Assembly: GCF_001194135.2 (NCBI RefSeq)
Contig: NC_068991.1
Location: forward strand, 36,682,562-36,730,198
Origin: Octopus bimaculoides
Taxonomy: Eukaryota
Reading direction: 5' to 3'
Length of the DNA: 47,637 nucleotides
Both the position numbers and the translations under genes were made by a program. The notes under the pieces were generated by a model, which searched no databases, was not told the DNA's origin, and worked only from the letters and a program-made list of their open reading frames with translations. Positions 27,077 to 40,300 of the stretch are shown piece after piece (positions within the stretch are counted from its first letter, which is position 1; every line of letters starts with the position of its first letter).

Positions 27077-27537
27077 TTAATTGTTTAATACAATCGTTCC
27101 CGAGTATTACATCTGTTTTTCATCCACCCTGCATCTCACCCTGTTTGAAAATTACTAACAACAGATAAGATACCAGAGAAATAAGCAAACACAAACTCAT
27201 ACAAAAATATACTATACAAAAATTTGAGTGACGTGACGAGTTCACAGAAGGACGAACTTAAAATCTCACTCCTACCCAACACACCGAAAATATCGTGGGT
27301 CCATCAAGTTACAGCTTTCTCGTACTTCACAAACCAAGTGAGGTGCCCAGTTAGAGACTGAATAATGAGTAAGGTTTACTTGGATCATTTCGTAGTTACT
27401 ACAGATACAACGTAAAGCTGAAGACAGAGAATATACTAATTCGCGTGAGCACGCACGCACGCATACACACACACGCACACATACACATATATAAACAATA
27501 CATATATTTATATCGTATGTAGAAAGGGTTATAATGA

Positions 27538-27650
27538 TTTCAATGTTTTGGTACGAGATCAGCAATATCGTGGGAAGGGTTAAATCGATTACATCGACCC
27601 CAGTGTTCGACTGGTACTTATTTTATTGACCCCTAAAAGATGAAAGGCAA
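27538..27650 (-). mobile_element. SINE family B, 3' fragment
   Basis: atcgattacatcgaccccagtgttcgactggtacttattttattgaccc matches family B. Confidence 0.8.
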
Positions 27651-27662
27651 TATATATAATAC

Positions 27663-27699
<37 letters not shown>

Positions 27700-30086
27700 C
27701 GTGTGTGTGTGTGCATGTGTGTGATGATTGCAAATGTGTGCGTTCATTCCCTTGTAGGCATCTGGCTNNNNNNNNNNNNNNNNNNNNNNNNNNNNNNNNN
27801 NNNNNNNNNNNNNNNNNNNNNNNNNNNNNNNNNNNNNNNNNNNNNNNNNNNNNNNNNNNNNNNNNNNNNNNNNNNNNNNNNNNNNNNNNNNNNNNNNNNN
27901 NNNNNNNNNNNNNNNNNNNNNNNNNNNNNNNNNNNNNNNNNNNNNNNNNNNNNNNNNNNNNNNNNNNNNNNNNNNNNNNNNNNNNNNNNNNNNNNNNNNN
28001 NNNNNNNNNNNNNNNNNNNNNNNNNNNNNNNNNNNNNNNNNNNNNNNNNNNNNNNNNNNNNNNNNNNNNNNNNNNNNNNNNNNNNNNNNNNNNNNNNNNN
28101 NNNNNNNNNNNNNNNNNNNNNNNNNNNNNNNNNNNNNNNNNNNNNNNNNNNNNNNNNNNNNNNNNNNNNNNNNNNNNNNNNNNNNNNNNNNNNNNNNNNN
28201 NNNNNNNNNNNNNNNNNNNNNNNNNNNNNNNNNNNNNNNNNNNNNNNNNNNNNNNNNNNNNNNNNNNNNNNNNNNNNNNNNNNNNATATATATATATATA
28301 TATATATATATAAATGGGTGGGGAACGTATGTGTTTATGTATACATAGGTGTATATATATATATATACATACACACACACACGCATGTACGTATGTGCAC
28401 ATTCGAGTGTGTGTATGCAGCTTCAGAGTAAAGATTTATAGGAAGCGTGTAAAGGTGTAGGAGAGAGAGATGGGGAAGAGGAAGATAACTAAAAGAAGCA
28501 TAACTAAAAGAAGAGGGAAAGTAAAAGAGATACCGTAAAGGAGAGAAGGAGGGAGAGGGTCAAAATAAACAACAGTAGAGAAGCTGACGAAGGAAAACAT
28601 GGGAAGTAATTCAGAAGAGAAAAAGAGTGAAAGAGAAAAAGAGAGGAAATCTTTTTAAAATGAACGGTAATAAAGTGAGTAAAGAGGAAGGTGAAAGTAG
28701 GAGAAAAATGGAAAGAGGGGGATAATGTAATAAAAAGATAATGAATATGAAAAAGAAAGAGAAAGAGAGAGAGAGAGTATGGAGCAAGAGAGATATAAAG
28801 ATAAGAGTGTGACACAGAGGGTGGGGAAAAGGGTCAATAAAAATTGTTGAGGGAAATAATGGGAAGAGATAAAGAGATGATGAATAAAACGATAAATTAT
28901 GAAAAGCTGATAGAACCGGAAGCGAAGAGCAGAGGGTTGTGTGATGAATTTGTTTTTATGACCATCTTTTAGGCAAGAATTAGCTTGATGAAACTTTGAT
29001 CTATAATGAGCCAATCGATAATAAATCAATCAATGAAAGATCAATCAGCAAACAATCAATTCCTGGTGAATAATCGCATAATTTGTCATGAGTCAGAGCC
29101 CGTAAGCAGATCCAGTCATTATGAGGTCTCTAGAAAACAATCAGAGATATTCAATTGTAACGATGTATGCACCATTTTGTCTTATTCTATTTCTCTCCCT
29201 TTTTGTTTAGGTATGAAAGAGCTTCATGTTCAATATATTGAACTGATAGCGATGGTGACGATTGTTGTGGCTGCATTGATGGTGTAGGTGTTATTGTGAT
29301 GATGATGATGATGATGATGGTGATGGTGATGGTGATGGTCGTCGTGGAACTATAAGTTGTGATAATGAGGATAACATTTAATGGTAACGGTTGCGGTAGT
29401 GATGGTAGATTGTTAGATATTTTTTGTTTTATTTTGTTTTGTTAACGCCAGACACGTGAGGATAAGTCATTTCAAATATCTAACATTAATATAAAATATA
29501 TAGTTCTAAGATTAAATAAATTATATAGACAGTCAAAAACGGAAAGTTAAATAGGTTGATGTGGAGCTACACGCGCTTGCGCGCACGCGCAAAAGCACAC
29601 ATGTATGTGCACATGTGTGCGCGCATATGAGTTTATTTGAAATAAATAAATAATAAACAATCTGCATCTTATAGCGAGTACTTTCCCAGTTTGTAAACAC
29701 AAAGTCTCTATAGGGGATGCGTGCATATGCAGATGTGCCTGTGTGTGGGGGGATGCATGTCTGTGTTTGTGACTGTACGTGAGAGTGTCTGTGTATGTGT
29801 GTATGTGTATCTGCGTGTGTGTCTCTGTGTCTGTGTGTGAATGCGTGGATCATTGTTCAGTTTGAAAGTCTTGCTCACAACGAAGTGGTTTTCAGTTCTA
29901 ACAGACAGAAGGTGGCACTGGGAAAGTGATTTGGACATTGCTATCCTCGGATGCCCTGCAGCAACTGAGAACACAGAAACCAGTGAAGGACATTCATTCA
30001 ATTCCGAAATATGCAACCCCACCGCACACATACACAGACACAGACACACACACATACACAACACACGCGCGCGCGCGCATGTATAT

Positions 30087-30569
30087 ATTCTTTTACTTGT
30101 TTCAGTCATTAGACTGCGGCCATGATGGAGCACCACTTTGAAGGCTTTAGTCAAACGGATCGACCGCAGGACTTGTTTTTTTTAAAGCCTAGTACTTATT
30201 CTATCGGTGTCTTTTGCCGAACCACTAAGTTACGGAGACGTAAACACACCAGCACCGGTTGTCAAGCGGTGATGAGTGAACTAATACAAACACACACACA
30301 CACACANNNNNNNNNNNNNNNNNNNNNNNNNNNNNNNNNNNNNNNNNNNNNNNNNNNNNNNNNNNNNNNNNNNNNNNNNNNNNNNNNNNNNNNNNNNNNN
30401 NNATATATCTACGACGGGTTTCTTTCAGTTTCCGTCTACTAAATCTACTCACAAGGCTATGGTCGGCCCGAAGCTATTGTAGAAGACACTTGCCCAAGAT
30501 GGAACTTGCCACGATGGAACTAACCTCGGAAGAATGTGGTTGGAAAGCAAGCTTCCTACTACATAGCCA
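30087..30569 (-). mobile_element. SINE family A
   Basis: Reverse-complement match to the family A head, body and tail. Confidence 0.88.
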
Positions 30570-31955
30570 TTTTGAAGACTGCGGAATAAATGATGATCAG
30601 ATGGGGCAATATCCGGCGAGCGAAAGTTTTTTTCCCACGAGAGTTCCGCAACCCAGTTATGAACTTATTTGCATACAGCCAATCAGAGCTCAACTATCAA
30701 ACTAACTTATTAGCGCATAACAAGTGATGGACGATAAGATAAGATCAATTGGATAAAGAATGACCATGCTTCTCTTCACTTTTAAGAACGCTTGTTGTTC
30801 TTGTTCTTGTTTCAACCATGGCTGCCTCTGTGTACTTATTCGTGTTGTTGTTTACTTTGTAAAACAATAAGGTGAGAGGGCTTCTAGCACATCACCTCCT
30901 ACCTACATTTTCCCCATCCACATCTTTACCATATGCGGCCTTAACAAAATCCGATAAAAGGCATAAATACAAATCTATGTAATTACTTGTCTCCTTTTAA
31001 AATCAGGCATAACTTGGCGATCGGTCGACTTGCAATACCATTCTTCGTCTTGAGTTTACTTGGTAGAGTGTGTTTGTTAAATTAACAACAAGATGAAGGT
31101 GAGCTCTGATTGGCTGTGTTCAAATGACTTCATTAATGGGGTCCGGAACTAACGTGGGAAAAAAATTCTGCGGCCGGCGAATATCGTGAGTGGGGCATCG
31201 TTTCCCATTCAAACTGCTCCAACCTTTGGAATATCATCCTCATTGTATGTAGCCGAGCATTATCCTGATGGAAGAATACTTTTCGTCTTGAAACCAAGGA
31301 TGGTCGTTTTCCGATGGTGTTCAGGTGTCGATGAATGGTTGAATGACCAAATCCAAGCTTCTGTGCAAGGATTTTCAGGATGTCCTCGTCGAGCTCTATA
31401 GATCTCCCAGGATAAGGCTTGTCTTCTAGGCTGAAGTATCCGGCTCGGAATTTCTGGAGCCATCGCTAACACTGGCTTAAGCTTATTGTCAGATGCCCAT
31501 TTACTCCCTTAATATTCCCCGCACTTTCGATTGCGTTGTTGCTTTTATTGAACTCATAAAGCAAAATATGCCGAATATGCTTCTTTATCACTTCCATTAT
31601 AGCNNNNNNNNNNNNNNNNNNNNNNNNNNNNNNNNNNNNNNNNNNNNNNNNNNNNNNNNNNNNNNNNNNNNNNNNNNNNNNNNNNNNNNNNNNNNNNNNN
31701 NNNNNNNNNNNNNNNNNNNNNNNNNNNNNNNNNNNNNNNNNNNNNNNNNNNNNNNNNNNNNNNNNNNNNNNNNNNNNNNNNNNATATATATATATATATA
31801 TATATATATACACTCTTCAAACTTGCACTAAGAATAAGTACAAGATAAAATTACTACCTACTCTAAAGCAAGTTGATGCAGGTAGTTTATCCCATCCCCT
31901 TCCGAATTTTAGCTCATGCAATTGAAAAAACTGCATTATTTATGGGATGACCCAA
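30570..31955 (-). mobile_element. Mariner transposon relic (internally deleted, split by a MITE and a gap)
   Basis: Minus-strand peptides MEVIKKHIRHILLYEF...RWLQKFRAGYFSLEDKP, FFHQDNARLH, HSRYSP and, left of the MITE, PDIAPSDHHLFRSLQN. These match the mariner HTH and the DNA(R)PH and YSPD(L/I)APSD motifs. TIR-like ta|ttgggtcatcccataaataatgcag ends at 31955. Confidence 0.9.
30617..31173. mobile_element. MITE with ~80-bp terminal inverted repeats, superfamily unassigned
   Basis: Left TIR tttttttcccacgagagttccgcaacccagttatgaacttatttgcatacagccaatcagagctca aligns with the reverse complement of 31101-31166. Flanked by direct repeat CCGG(CGA) at 30613 and 31174. Interrupts the mariner YSPD codons. 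Confidence 0.85.
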
Positions 31956-31959
31956 TATA

Positions 31960-32690
31960 TACACGTATATGATTATGCATGTGTAAGAAATACGACGATT
32001 ACAAATGAATGCCACAATTCCATTCAATCGGCCTTTGGGAGCGAAGAAATTGCTTGTAATCGCATAAGTTGTGTGTGATCGCTGCACTTTGAACTGATAA
32101 TGCAATATTACCTGGCATTTTGATTCCGAAGTAGGGTGTTTTGGAAATTCTTGATAAAATATTCATGTTTATACTGACCGGCTGAAATTAATTATTCCTT
32201 GTTTATGACCGGAGTATAGAGCCGAATGATATGAATTATCTTTCTGAGCCAGAGGCCGTTGAACTTCTATTCATCCATAAATGCTGTTGCATAATGTAAT
32301 ACCGATCACGTAATGTGAGTATGATCACCTTTTAATGTGAATATGTACTTTCCAAATGTACTTCCAAAGTTCTGTGATGTTTTTGCAGTTTCAATGACAC
32401 AGGCAATATTGTAAGGAATGATTTGCAACTTCCAATTTGTTTGTAGATGTGTTGCCAATTGAGTCATTAGCGTGATTTACTACGATCTTTTTTAGGCATT
32501 TACTCTAACATGTTTGCTTGGATTGTCATTTGTTTACAGTATCATTGCATAACAGTTGGTATGTTTTACAAGGAACAGAAGTGCACCTTTCTGTAATCAT
32601 TGCAAAGAACAAAAAAAAAGGTGAAGTATGTGGCCATTCGGGAACTATTCTGATATAGCAGACAAAATGTATGGCAACACTGCTTTTACA
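31960..32690 (-). mobile_element. Highly decayed Tc1/Tc3-like transposase relic
   Basis: Minus-strand FMDE*KFNG resembles the SDEKKFN catalytic-D motif. Weak matches to the QDNAxIH and NPIENLW regions. Many stops and frameshifts. Confidence 0.4.
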
Positions 32691-32734
32691 TTAATTTTGT
32701 ATGGTAAAATATATGCATTAACATCTTACTATAA

Positions 32735-32858
32735 TTTTTCGCCGAGGTCGACTTTGCCTTTCTTGCTTTCGAGATCGGTAAAATAAGTACCAGTTGAACA
32801 CTAGGGTCAATGTCATCGGCTTATTCTCTCCCCGGAAATTGTTGGCCGTGTCAAAATT
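32735..32858 (+). mobile_element. SINE family B, 5'-truncated
   Basis: cgccgaggtcgactttgcc...aaaataagtaccagttgaacactagggtc. Confidence 0.8.
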
Positions 32859-33796
32859 ATTTAGCCATTATTTTTAGAGCGGGTTCTCGCTGTTTGTAAA
32901 TGCTTGATATGTTCTTTATGTCGGCAATGTATGCCTCTTTCTCTGGAATGTTATAAAAATCACAAATGACAATTGATTTTCACGTAATAACTTTAAAATA
33001 CAATGATTACAACACAGTATAATATATCATTTGTTCTCAGATCACTGAAGTGTATATGGTAGATCAGGAGACTTACTGAACGAAACTGTTTAAAAATATG
33101 TTCTTATTAATTTAGAAAATTTAGAAAAAAATTCTCGCACACACACTTATATACATATGCACACATGCACACACATTGTAGGTCCTGACAGAATTGCCAT
33201 TGTTTCTTTTTTAGCATTGTTTATTTACCATTGCTTTTCTCTAGCTCATTTTTCCTTTGTCTTTGATAAATGGTATAACCGTAACGATAGGTTCTCTTCC
33301 ATTACTTTCGCTAGCATATTCATTTCTATCATACATCATCATTCCATCTTTTGGTGTTTCGTTTTATATTTCTTGACGTTTTCCGACACATGTTTTGCTC
33401 GTCTGACTTAATGTAATACTTAATGTAATACATTCCTTACAACACAAAACATCATAGACAAAAATACAAGCTGTATGGCAATTCTCTTGACCAAAATATA
33501 AACAACTGTACAGGTGATTTGAAAGAGGATACAATTGAAATTCGGTACTCGTATAACGTATATATATATATATATATATATATATNNNNNNNNNNNNNNN
33601 NNNNNNNNNNNNNNNNNNNNNNNNNNNNNNNNNNNNNNNNNNNNNNNNNNNNNNNNNNNNNNNNNNNNNNNNNNNNNNNNNNNNNNNNNNNNNNNNNNNN
33701 NNNNNNNNNNNNNNNNNNNNNNNNNNNNNNNNNNNNNNNNNNNNNNNNNNNNNNNNNNNNNNNNNNNNNNNNNNNNNNNNNNNNNNNNNNNNNNNN

Positions 33797-33850
<54 letters not shown>

Positions 33851-33854
<4 letters not shown>

Positions 33855-34860
33855 GGAATTAAGCGTGCGAAGAAATTAGACATTAAAACACTACGGGCAT
33901 CAAAACGTAACACAACACCTCGTCGCAAATCACTACTGTTTATATCAACTCACAACCCTAGAAACAAGAGGCAAACAACAATATTGTACAAAATCTACCT
34001 ATGCCCACTAGAGATCCAAAAATGAACAACATTCGGAAAACACATAAATTAATCAAATGCAAAAAGTAACACAAATCGCTGAAACGACTTCTAACAAATG
34101 CGATGCTTTACACAACAACTACGAAACCAGCGGTTAAAAAATGTGGACACGCAAACTGTGGGACAAGCCGCAACCTAATGGAAGGCTCAGAATTTCTACT
34201 GAAACAAGGAGAGACGTTCACAATTAAAGCCAACTTCACTTGTGTTTCCGAGTATCTAATCTATGTTATAACTTGCTCAGGTTGTGGACATAACTATATA
34301 GGACAGACAAGGATGACACTGAGACGGAGAACCACACCACATAAGGAACAGATCTGCAATACAGACAGATTGCTTTAAGTAAGCACATAGAGAGAGGTGC
34401 AGGTAATATCCAACCAAACTTCACAGTTATCCCCATCTACTATTCAAAAATGAAAAAAAATCTATACAAGAACGTTTAAAAAAAGAAAATTTGTTCATCG
34501 AAAAATACAGAGCACGTCTAAATATGAACGCATAACCAACTTTGAACTCAATATATATTATATTTTAATTCATGATCACATAACCATCACTGTATATATT
34601 TCATCTCACTACTTTAGCTTTTGAGTTTTTGTATTTATTCATTCCCTCCCCCCAAGATGAGCAATTATGTCCCGCGTCCCGAATAATAACGATCACCAAT
34701 TAACTCCCCTTAGATCTTTTTACTTTCTACATTCATTCACAAACTTCTCCACACAGAACATGGACTAAAATCATCTTCAGAAAATACGAAATTACAATAA
34801 TTTCAATGCCATTATTAGCGAAAGTGAAACTGGTCGACAAACATAAAATATATTAAAAAT
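33851..34860 (+). mobile_element. Penelope-like element, 5'-truncated (RT C-terminus plus GIY-YIG endonuclease, pseudogenised)
   Basis: Peptides LLFISTHNPRN, KKCGHANCGTS, FTCVSEYLIYVITCSGCGHNYIGQT (GIY-YIG with the PLE-typical CxxC) and RLKKENLFIEKY. Frameshifts and one stop. Stop codon near 34535. Confidence 0.9.
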
Positions 34861-34899
34861 ATATGAAAACTATGTAAAGTGAGTGCATTTTCCCTCTTT

Positions 34900-34936
<37 letters not shown>

Positions 34937-35285
34937 TACATATGTCTACATACCGACTAACATGCATTCGTAAATGTCTAGGTGTATATATGTATTCGTG
35001 CTTATATGTACATTCATTCATGCACACACATACACACGCACAGACACAAATCAAGCACATTATAAATAAGGTTGTATGTGTGTATGTAGGTAAACAATTA
35101 TCTGGCAGGCATGAGGTATGTGTCAAATCGAACAGATGTGAGTCACTAGCTATCTACTAATATATACTCTGCATAATAATAACAATATATGAATACATGG
35201 AGTAACCAAATCTAACCTTGTAGAATTCACTCTCTCTCTCTCTCTCATTATATTTACATATATACATATGTGTGTGTGTGTGTAT

Positions 35286-36445
35286 GTACCAGCTTGAAAG
35301 GTGCGGTTATGCTGGGGCACCACTGTTAGCATTGCTGCACCTTTACTACTTCTGACATGTGGTATTTTGTGTATGAGGGAGTTTGATGTTGCTCCTGTCT
35401 TCTGCATTTTCTGCCGTGAGTTAGGCTCTTCCGGAATCCTTGACTGAGGGATGTCCAGTTTGTTTTAAGACACGCACATCTACACCAAGGTGATCTCTCA
35501 GGCTTTTTGAAAGGATGTTGAAGAGCTGTGGCTTTTGAAACCCTAGCTGTTGCAGTATCTGGTTTTGTAACTTGATAACGAAGTTGGGATCTTTTCCACT
35601 ATACAGTGGCGCCCCGTTCTGCTGTTTGTGTGAATCTGAGTTCCAAAGTTTGACACAGGTCCTTCCGCCTTCGTTCTAGGATGTAAAATCTTAACCTTTT
35701 CAGTCTTTCTCAGTAGGTGACACGTTGCATTGAAACAAACTTTGTGTACCTTCACTGGATTGCTTCGAGTTCTGCCTTTAATCTTATACTGTGTGGTGAC
35801 TATAGTTGGGAGCAGTAGTCTAAGTGACTGAGAGCATATATACCCCAAAGACCATCATGGTTTCATGTTCTCTCGTTCTGACCTTTCAAAGGATCTATCC
35901 GGCCAGTCGTCTGCATTTTATTGCCAATTTGATAATATGCACCTGTAAGATCAATATTACTCATTTCAATGCATAAGTCGCGAACTATTTTTGATCCAGG
36001 GATTGCAATCCCTCCCGGACCAATGTATTCTGTCAACATTTCGTTCTGTTTTGTGTGTAATTAGTACAGGACTTGAAATTTTTTAGCATTAAATCGCATG
36101 TTATTGTCCTCTGCCAACTTGCATGTTGCGTCCAACTCCCGTTACACGTGCGCTATATTTCCAGGGTTCTGTTTAATCTGAGAAACTTTTGTAACATCTG
36201 TATAGCTAGCAAGAGTGGCTATCTGAGCAGCTGAGAGAATGACAAAGAGGACGACTATGATGAGCAGTGGCTCAAACACAGTACCCTGTGGAACACCACG
36301 AACTATTTGTGTTTCTTAAGAAGTGGCTCAATTGGCCTCCACTGCCTGACTTTTAGAAAGTCGTTAGACACTCTTCAAGTTTCCGACCGCATCGAGATCA
36401 CGTAGCTTGTGACATATATCATGGTCAACTTTATCAAAAGGTTTT
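35286..36445 (-). mobile_element. CR1/L2-group LINE, 5'-truncated and decayed (RT motifs through 3' tail)
   Basis: Minus-strand FDKVDH, RGVPQGTV and ASYTDVTK (YADD box), C-terminal QLFNI...LRDH, then tail gtggtgccccagcataaccgcacctttcaagctggtac. Confidence 0.85.
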
Positions 36446-36470
36446 AGATAGATAAATAATCATGCATACA

Positions 36471-36504
<34 letters not shown>

Positions 36505-36563
36505 CATACATACATACATACACATACACACACACACAAGCACATGCACACACATACACACAA

Positions 36564-36608
<45 letters not shown>

Positions 36609-37264
36609 NNNNNNNNNNNNNNNNNNNNNNNNNNNNNNNNNNNNNNNNNNNNNNNNNNNNNNNNNNNNNNNNNNNNNNNNNNNNNNNNNNNNNNNNNNNN
36701 NNNNNNNNNNNNNNNNNNNNNNNNNNNNNNNNNNNNNNNNNNNNNNNNNNNNNNNNNNNNNNNNNNNNTATTTCAATCGGTAACTTTTCTGCTTTTTCCC
36801 AGTTTCCTGTATCTAAAACTGCGCTTTTTTTTTATTTTGTCTTTTTAAGGTGGTATGTTTTATTTTTTGTTTAGGATTCAGGTTAACCTTAGGATGAACA
36901 GAACATCTTCCGTTCCTCTCGCACGTCAGGAAGCCCGGAAAACGGCCATAGCCACCGTTCTTTCTTCTCTTGCAACGCAATTACAGTTTTTTTAATAATT
37001 TAGGAGTGTTCCCTGAAATATATTTTTATTCACTATTTCTCATCTTGCTCCGAACATCTTTAAACTGGCTCTAAATATCTAACATAGTGGAATTAATCAC
37101 TTTGGTCATTTCGAAAAATTTCAACATTTTAGAATTGCTATAAGCTTTGTCTTTCATCGTCTAACAGTTTGGGCTACTAATATAGCAAACCCATATTTAT
37201 CCAATATTGTACGAAAATAAATACAGCAACAGGTGCCAGGCTAATATGTATAAAAACGGTTAGT

Positions 37265-37345
37265 ACTGGCGCCCATTCATTCGACTAAAAGTTTTAAAGC
37301 TGGTGATGCATGGCCACAGTCAAATGAGTGAAACAGTAAAACGAA
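37265..37345 (+). mobile_element. SINE family A 3' fragment
   Basis: cattcattcgactaaaa...gcatggccacagtcaaatgagtgaaacag. Confidence 0.65.
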
Positions 37346-40300
37346 AAAAATTTATATACTTCCATTCAGAAAGCAAGTTAAGCAACATTTTTCAATGTTG
37401 TTTTTCTATGTCTATTTCATCGATTTCGTAAATGTTTTCATCCGCACTGCAATTATTTCATCAATACTAGTTTTACACTTTGATACAAAGATATATATAT
37501 NNNNNNNNNNNNNNNNNNNNNNNNNNNNNNNNNNNNNNNNNNNNNNNNNNNNNNNNNNNNNNNNNNNNNNNNNNNNNNNNNNNNNNNNNNNNNNNNNNNN
37601 NNNNNNNNNNNNNNNNNNNNNNNNNNNNNNNNNNNNNNNNNNNNNNNNNNNNNNNNNNNNNNNNNNNNNNNNNNNNNNNNNNNNNNNNNNNNNNNNNNNN
37701 NNNNNNNNNNNNNNNNNNNNNNNNNNNNNNNNNNNNNNNNNNNNNNNNNNNNNNNNNNNNNNNNNNNNNNNNNNNNNNNNNNNNNNNNNNNNNNNNNNNN
37801 NNNNNNNNNNNNNNNNNNNNNNNNNNNNNNNNNNNNNNNNNNNNNNNNNNNNNNNNNNNNNNNNNNNNNNNNNNNNNNNNNNNNNNNNNNNNNNNNNNNN
37901 NNNNNNNNNNNNNNNNNNNNNNNNNNNNNNNNNNNNNNNNNNNNNNNNNNNNNNNNNNNNNNNNNNNNNNNNNNNNNNNNNNNNNNNNNNNNNNNNNNNN
38001 NNNNNNNNNNNNNNNNNNNNNNNNNNNNNNNNNNNNNNNNNNNNNNNNNNNNNNNNNNNNNNNNNNNNNNNNNNNNNNNNNNNNNNNNNNNNNNNNNNNN
38101 NNNNNATATATGGAAAATTATAGAGAAAAATAAACTTCAAACAAAATCTCATTCCCGTTAGAAACATTGCTCGAGCAAGAATATAATATTTTATTTTCGG
38201 AAAAGATGAGTGAGCCGAAACAACAAAACGTTATGGTAGGAATTTGAAATCTTTTTATTTATTTTTACTGCAATAATGTCTCTGAGAACGCAATGCGTAT
38301 CGCATCATCACATTTTAAACAGAAGAAGTGTTTAGTGAGTTGCAAGTCAACTTCTTTCAACTATATGTGTGGTAGAGAGGGCTAGAAATTATCATCAGTT
38401 CTACATGATCTAAGCTTAGGTGGTGGTAGAATCACTTGATCTCATTCGTTACAAACCCGATATTAAATCTGAATTTTGCATCTTTTTACGAGATGTCATA
38501 TCGAGAGCCGAGTTTGCCATTACGTTGCCTTTTCATTGTTAAAATGTCCTATCGTAGTACTTTCGAACGTTTATTATAAAATCAGGTGTTAATCGATGAA
38601 CTAGTTCCAGTCAACGTTAGAAGTCCATTTTTTGCTTCATTATATTTGTATGTGTATGAGTAGAAATGTTATGTGTGTGTTTGTGTTCTGTGTGTAGATA
38701 GTCTATGCCTATGACCTACGTTCGATGTTTGTCTTTATTTCATTTACTCCGTTAGCAACGTTGAGATAGGCTTCAGTATAACATCTATTCAGTACAGTAC
38801 CATACAGGTGAACTTCTTCATGAATGTTTCTGAAGATGAATAAAGGATAAATAATCTACTTTATCGTCTTAGTGGGTGCAATGAATATCAATCCTTCGAC
38901 ATAGGCACACACATAGATATTCTGTGTTTATATGTGTGTGACTCTGTCTGTGTGTGTGTATGATTATACGTATTTTTACATTATATCTATTTTTTGCTTT
39001 TGTTTATATTTTTATTTTATCGTTTGTTTATTTGTTTCTGTTATTTTTATTATTTCAGTATCGATGGAATGTGTACTGAATTTCGGTGGGGTGAAATGTT
39101 TATTTTAAGAAGCCGAACAGATCAACAATGTCATAGCAGACGATCTAAAACTGGGTGTAATAGGAGGTAGAAGAGGAGGGTGTGCGTAGGTGGCTGTAAG
39201 TGGGGGAGAAAGAGAATTCTACATTCCAAATGTAACTTTAACTATAAAGAAGTACGCCAACAAACAGGGGTTGCCACTTAACCACTTACATTGGCAATGA
39301 ATTGAAGACAAGTATATTTGGCTTAGATATCCCTAGGTAGATGAGTAATGAGGGTGTCGGAATACTAATTAAAGGGCCGAAAATTTATACCCAGTAACCA
39401 ACGTCGTGATGGGTCCGTTGAAAAGCACACTGAGTCCTAAAACTCTTCACTAAATCCAGCATGTTGACTCTATGCTTAACAAATGTTCAAAAATGTAAGT
39501 AGGTTTAAAGATTAAGTAGTCATAATCCTGGTTACATATTTGAACAATTTTTTTAACAATTTTTAAGTGTTTGACATTGAAATAGCCACATTTTATCATT
39601 TGGGTGTACATAGTCACTGGGTGATAAGCTCCCGACAAGTTGTGATTGCAATACGATTTCCATTCCTTCGAGGACCATTTCATTTAAATTGCTACTCGTA
39701 AACTTTATTTCTAGTTGAAAGGACTAATACTGCTCTCTAATTTAGGAAAGATGGAACAATACGATTGAACAACTGGTAAACAATGCAAAAAGGTAGAATA
39801 TACTATGCAGCATAGGATGAGATTATGCAGGGAGACTGATTATCCACATTGCAGAATGTATCAATTGCCTACTGAATCGAGATATCAATTCTATTTTTAG
39901 ATAACAATAGAGAGTACTCAAATGCCACCAAACGTAGTTAAATATTTTGACATCCTTCAAACAGGGCAGAGATTTTTAGACAAGCAAGAGAAAAACTACT
40001 ATCCAACATTAAGTATCGTTTTCTTCATTGTAAATATCTTTTACTATCAGTAGATGCCACTATCATCTGAATACATGAAGTTAACAGTTTTATATCGTCA
40101 CATCTGTAATTATTTATATGACCGCTTTATACATAGTTAACTGAAACCATAACCGTCACATGAAAGCAAATATGACGTACTAGCATATACCATGGTTTTT
40201 TTAATGGATTTATGTGCCTAAGAAAGATGGTTCATATCTTGAGATCCAGACATTTCCGAAATAACACCATTCGCCTCCTAATCCAGGCCGATTTCGATAT

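Noticed and set aside
36880-37020. Possible L1/Tx1 C-terminal fragment (KNGGYGRFPGF)
   Set aside because: A single short, low-specificity motif.
871-38167. Long ORFs in the track containing X runs (e.g. 10618-11538, 27589-28386, 37395-38123)
   Set aside because: They are open only because N gaps and dinucleotide repeats contain no stop codons.
39730-40100. Possible LINE apurinic endonuclease relic
   Set aside because: Only a vague resemblance (GRLIIHIAEC...NSIF) with many stops; too weak to call.
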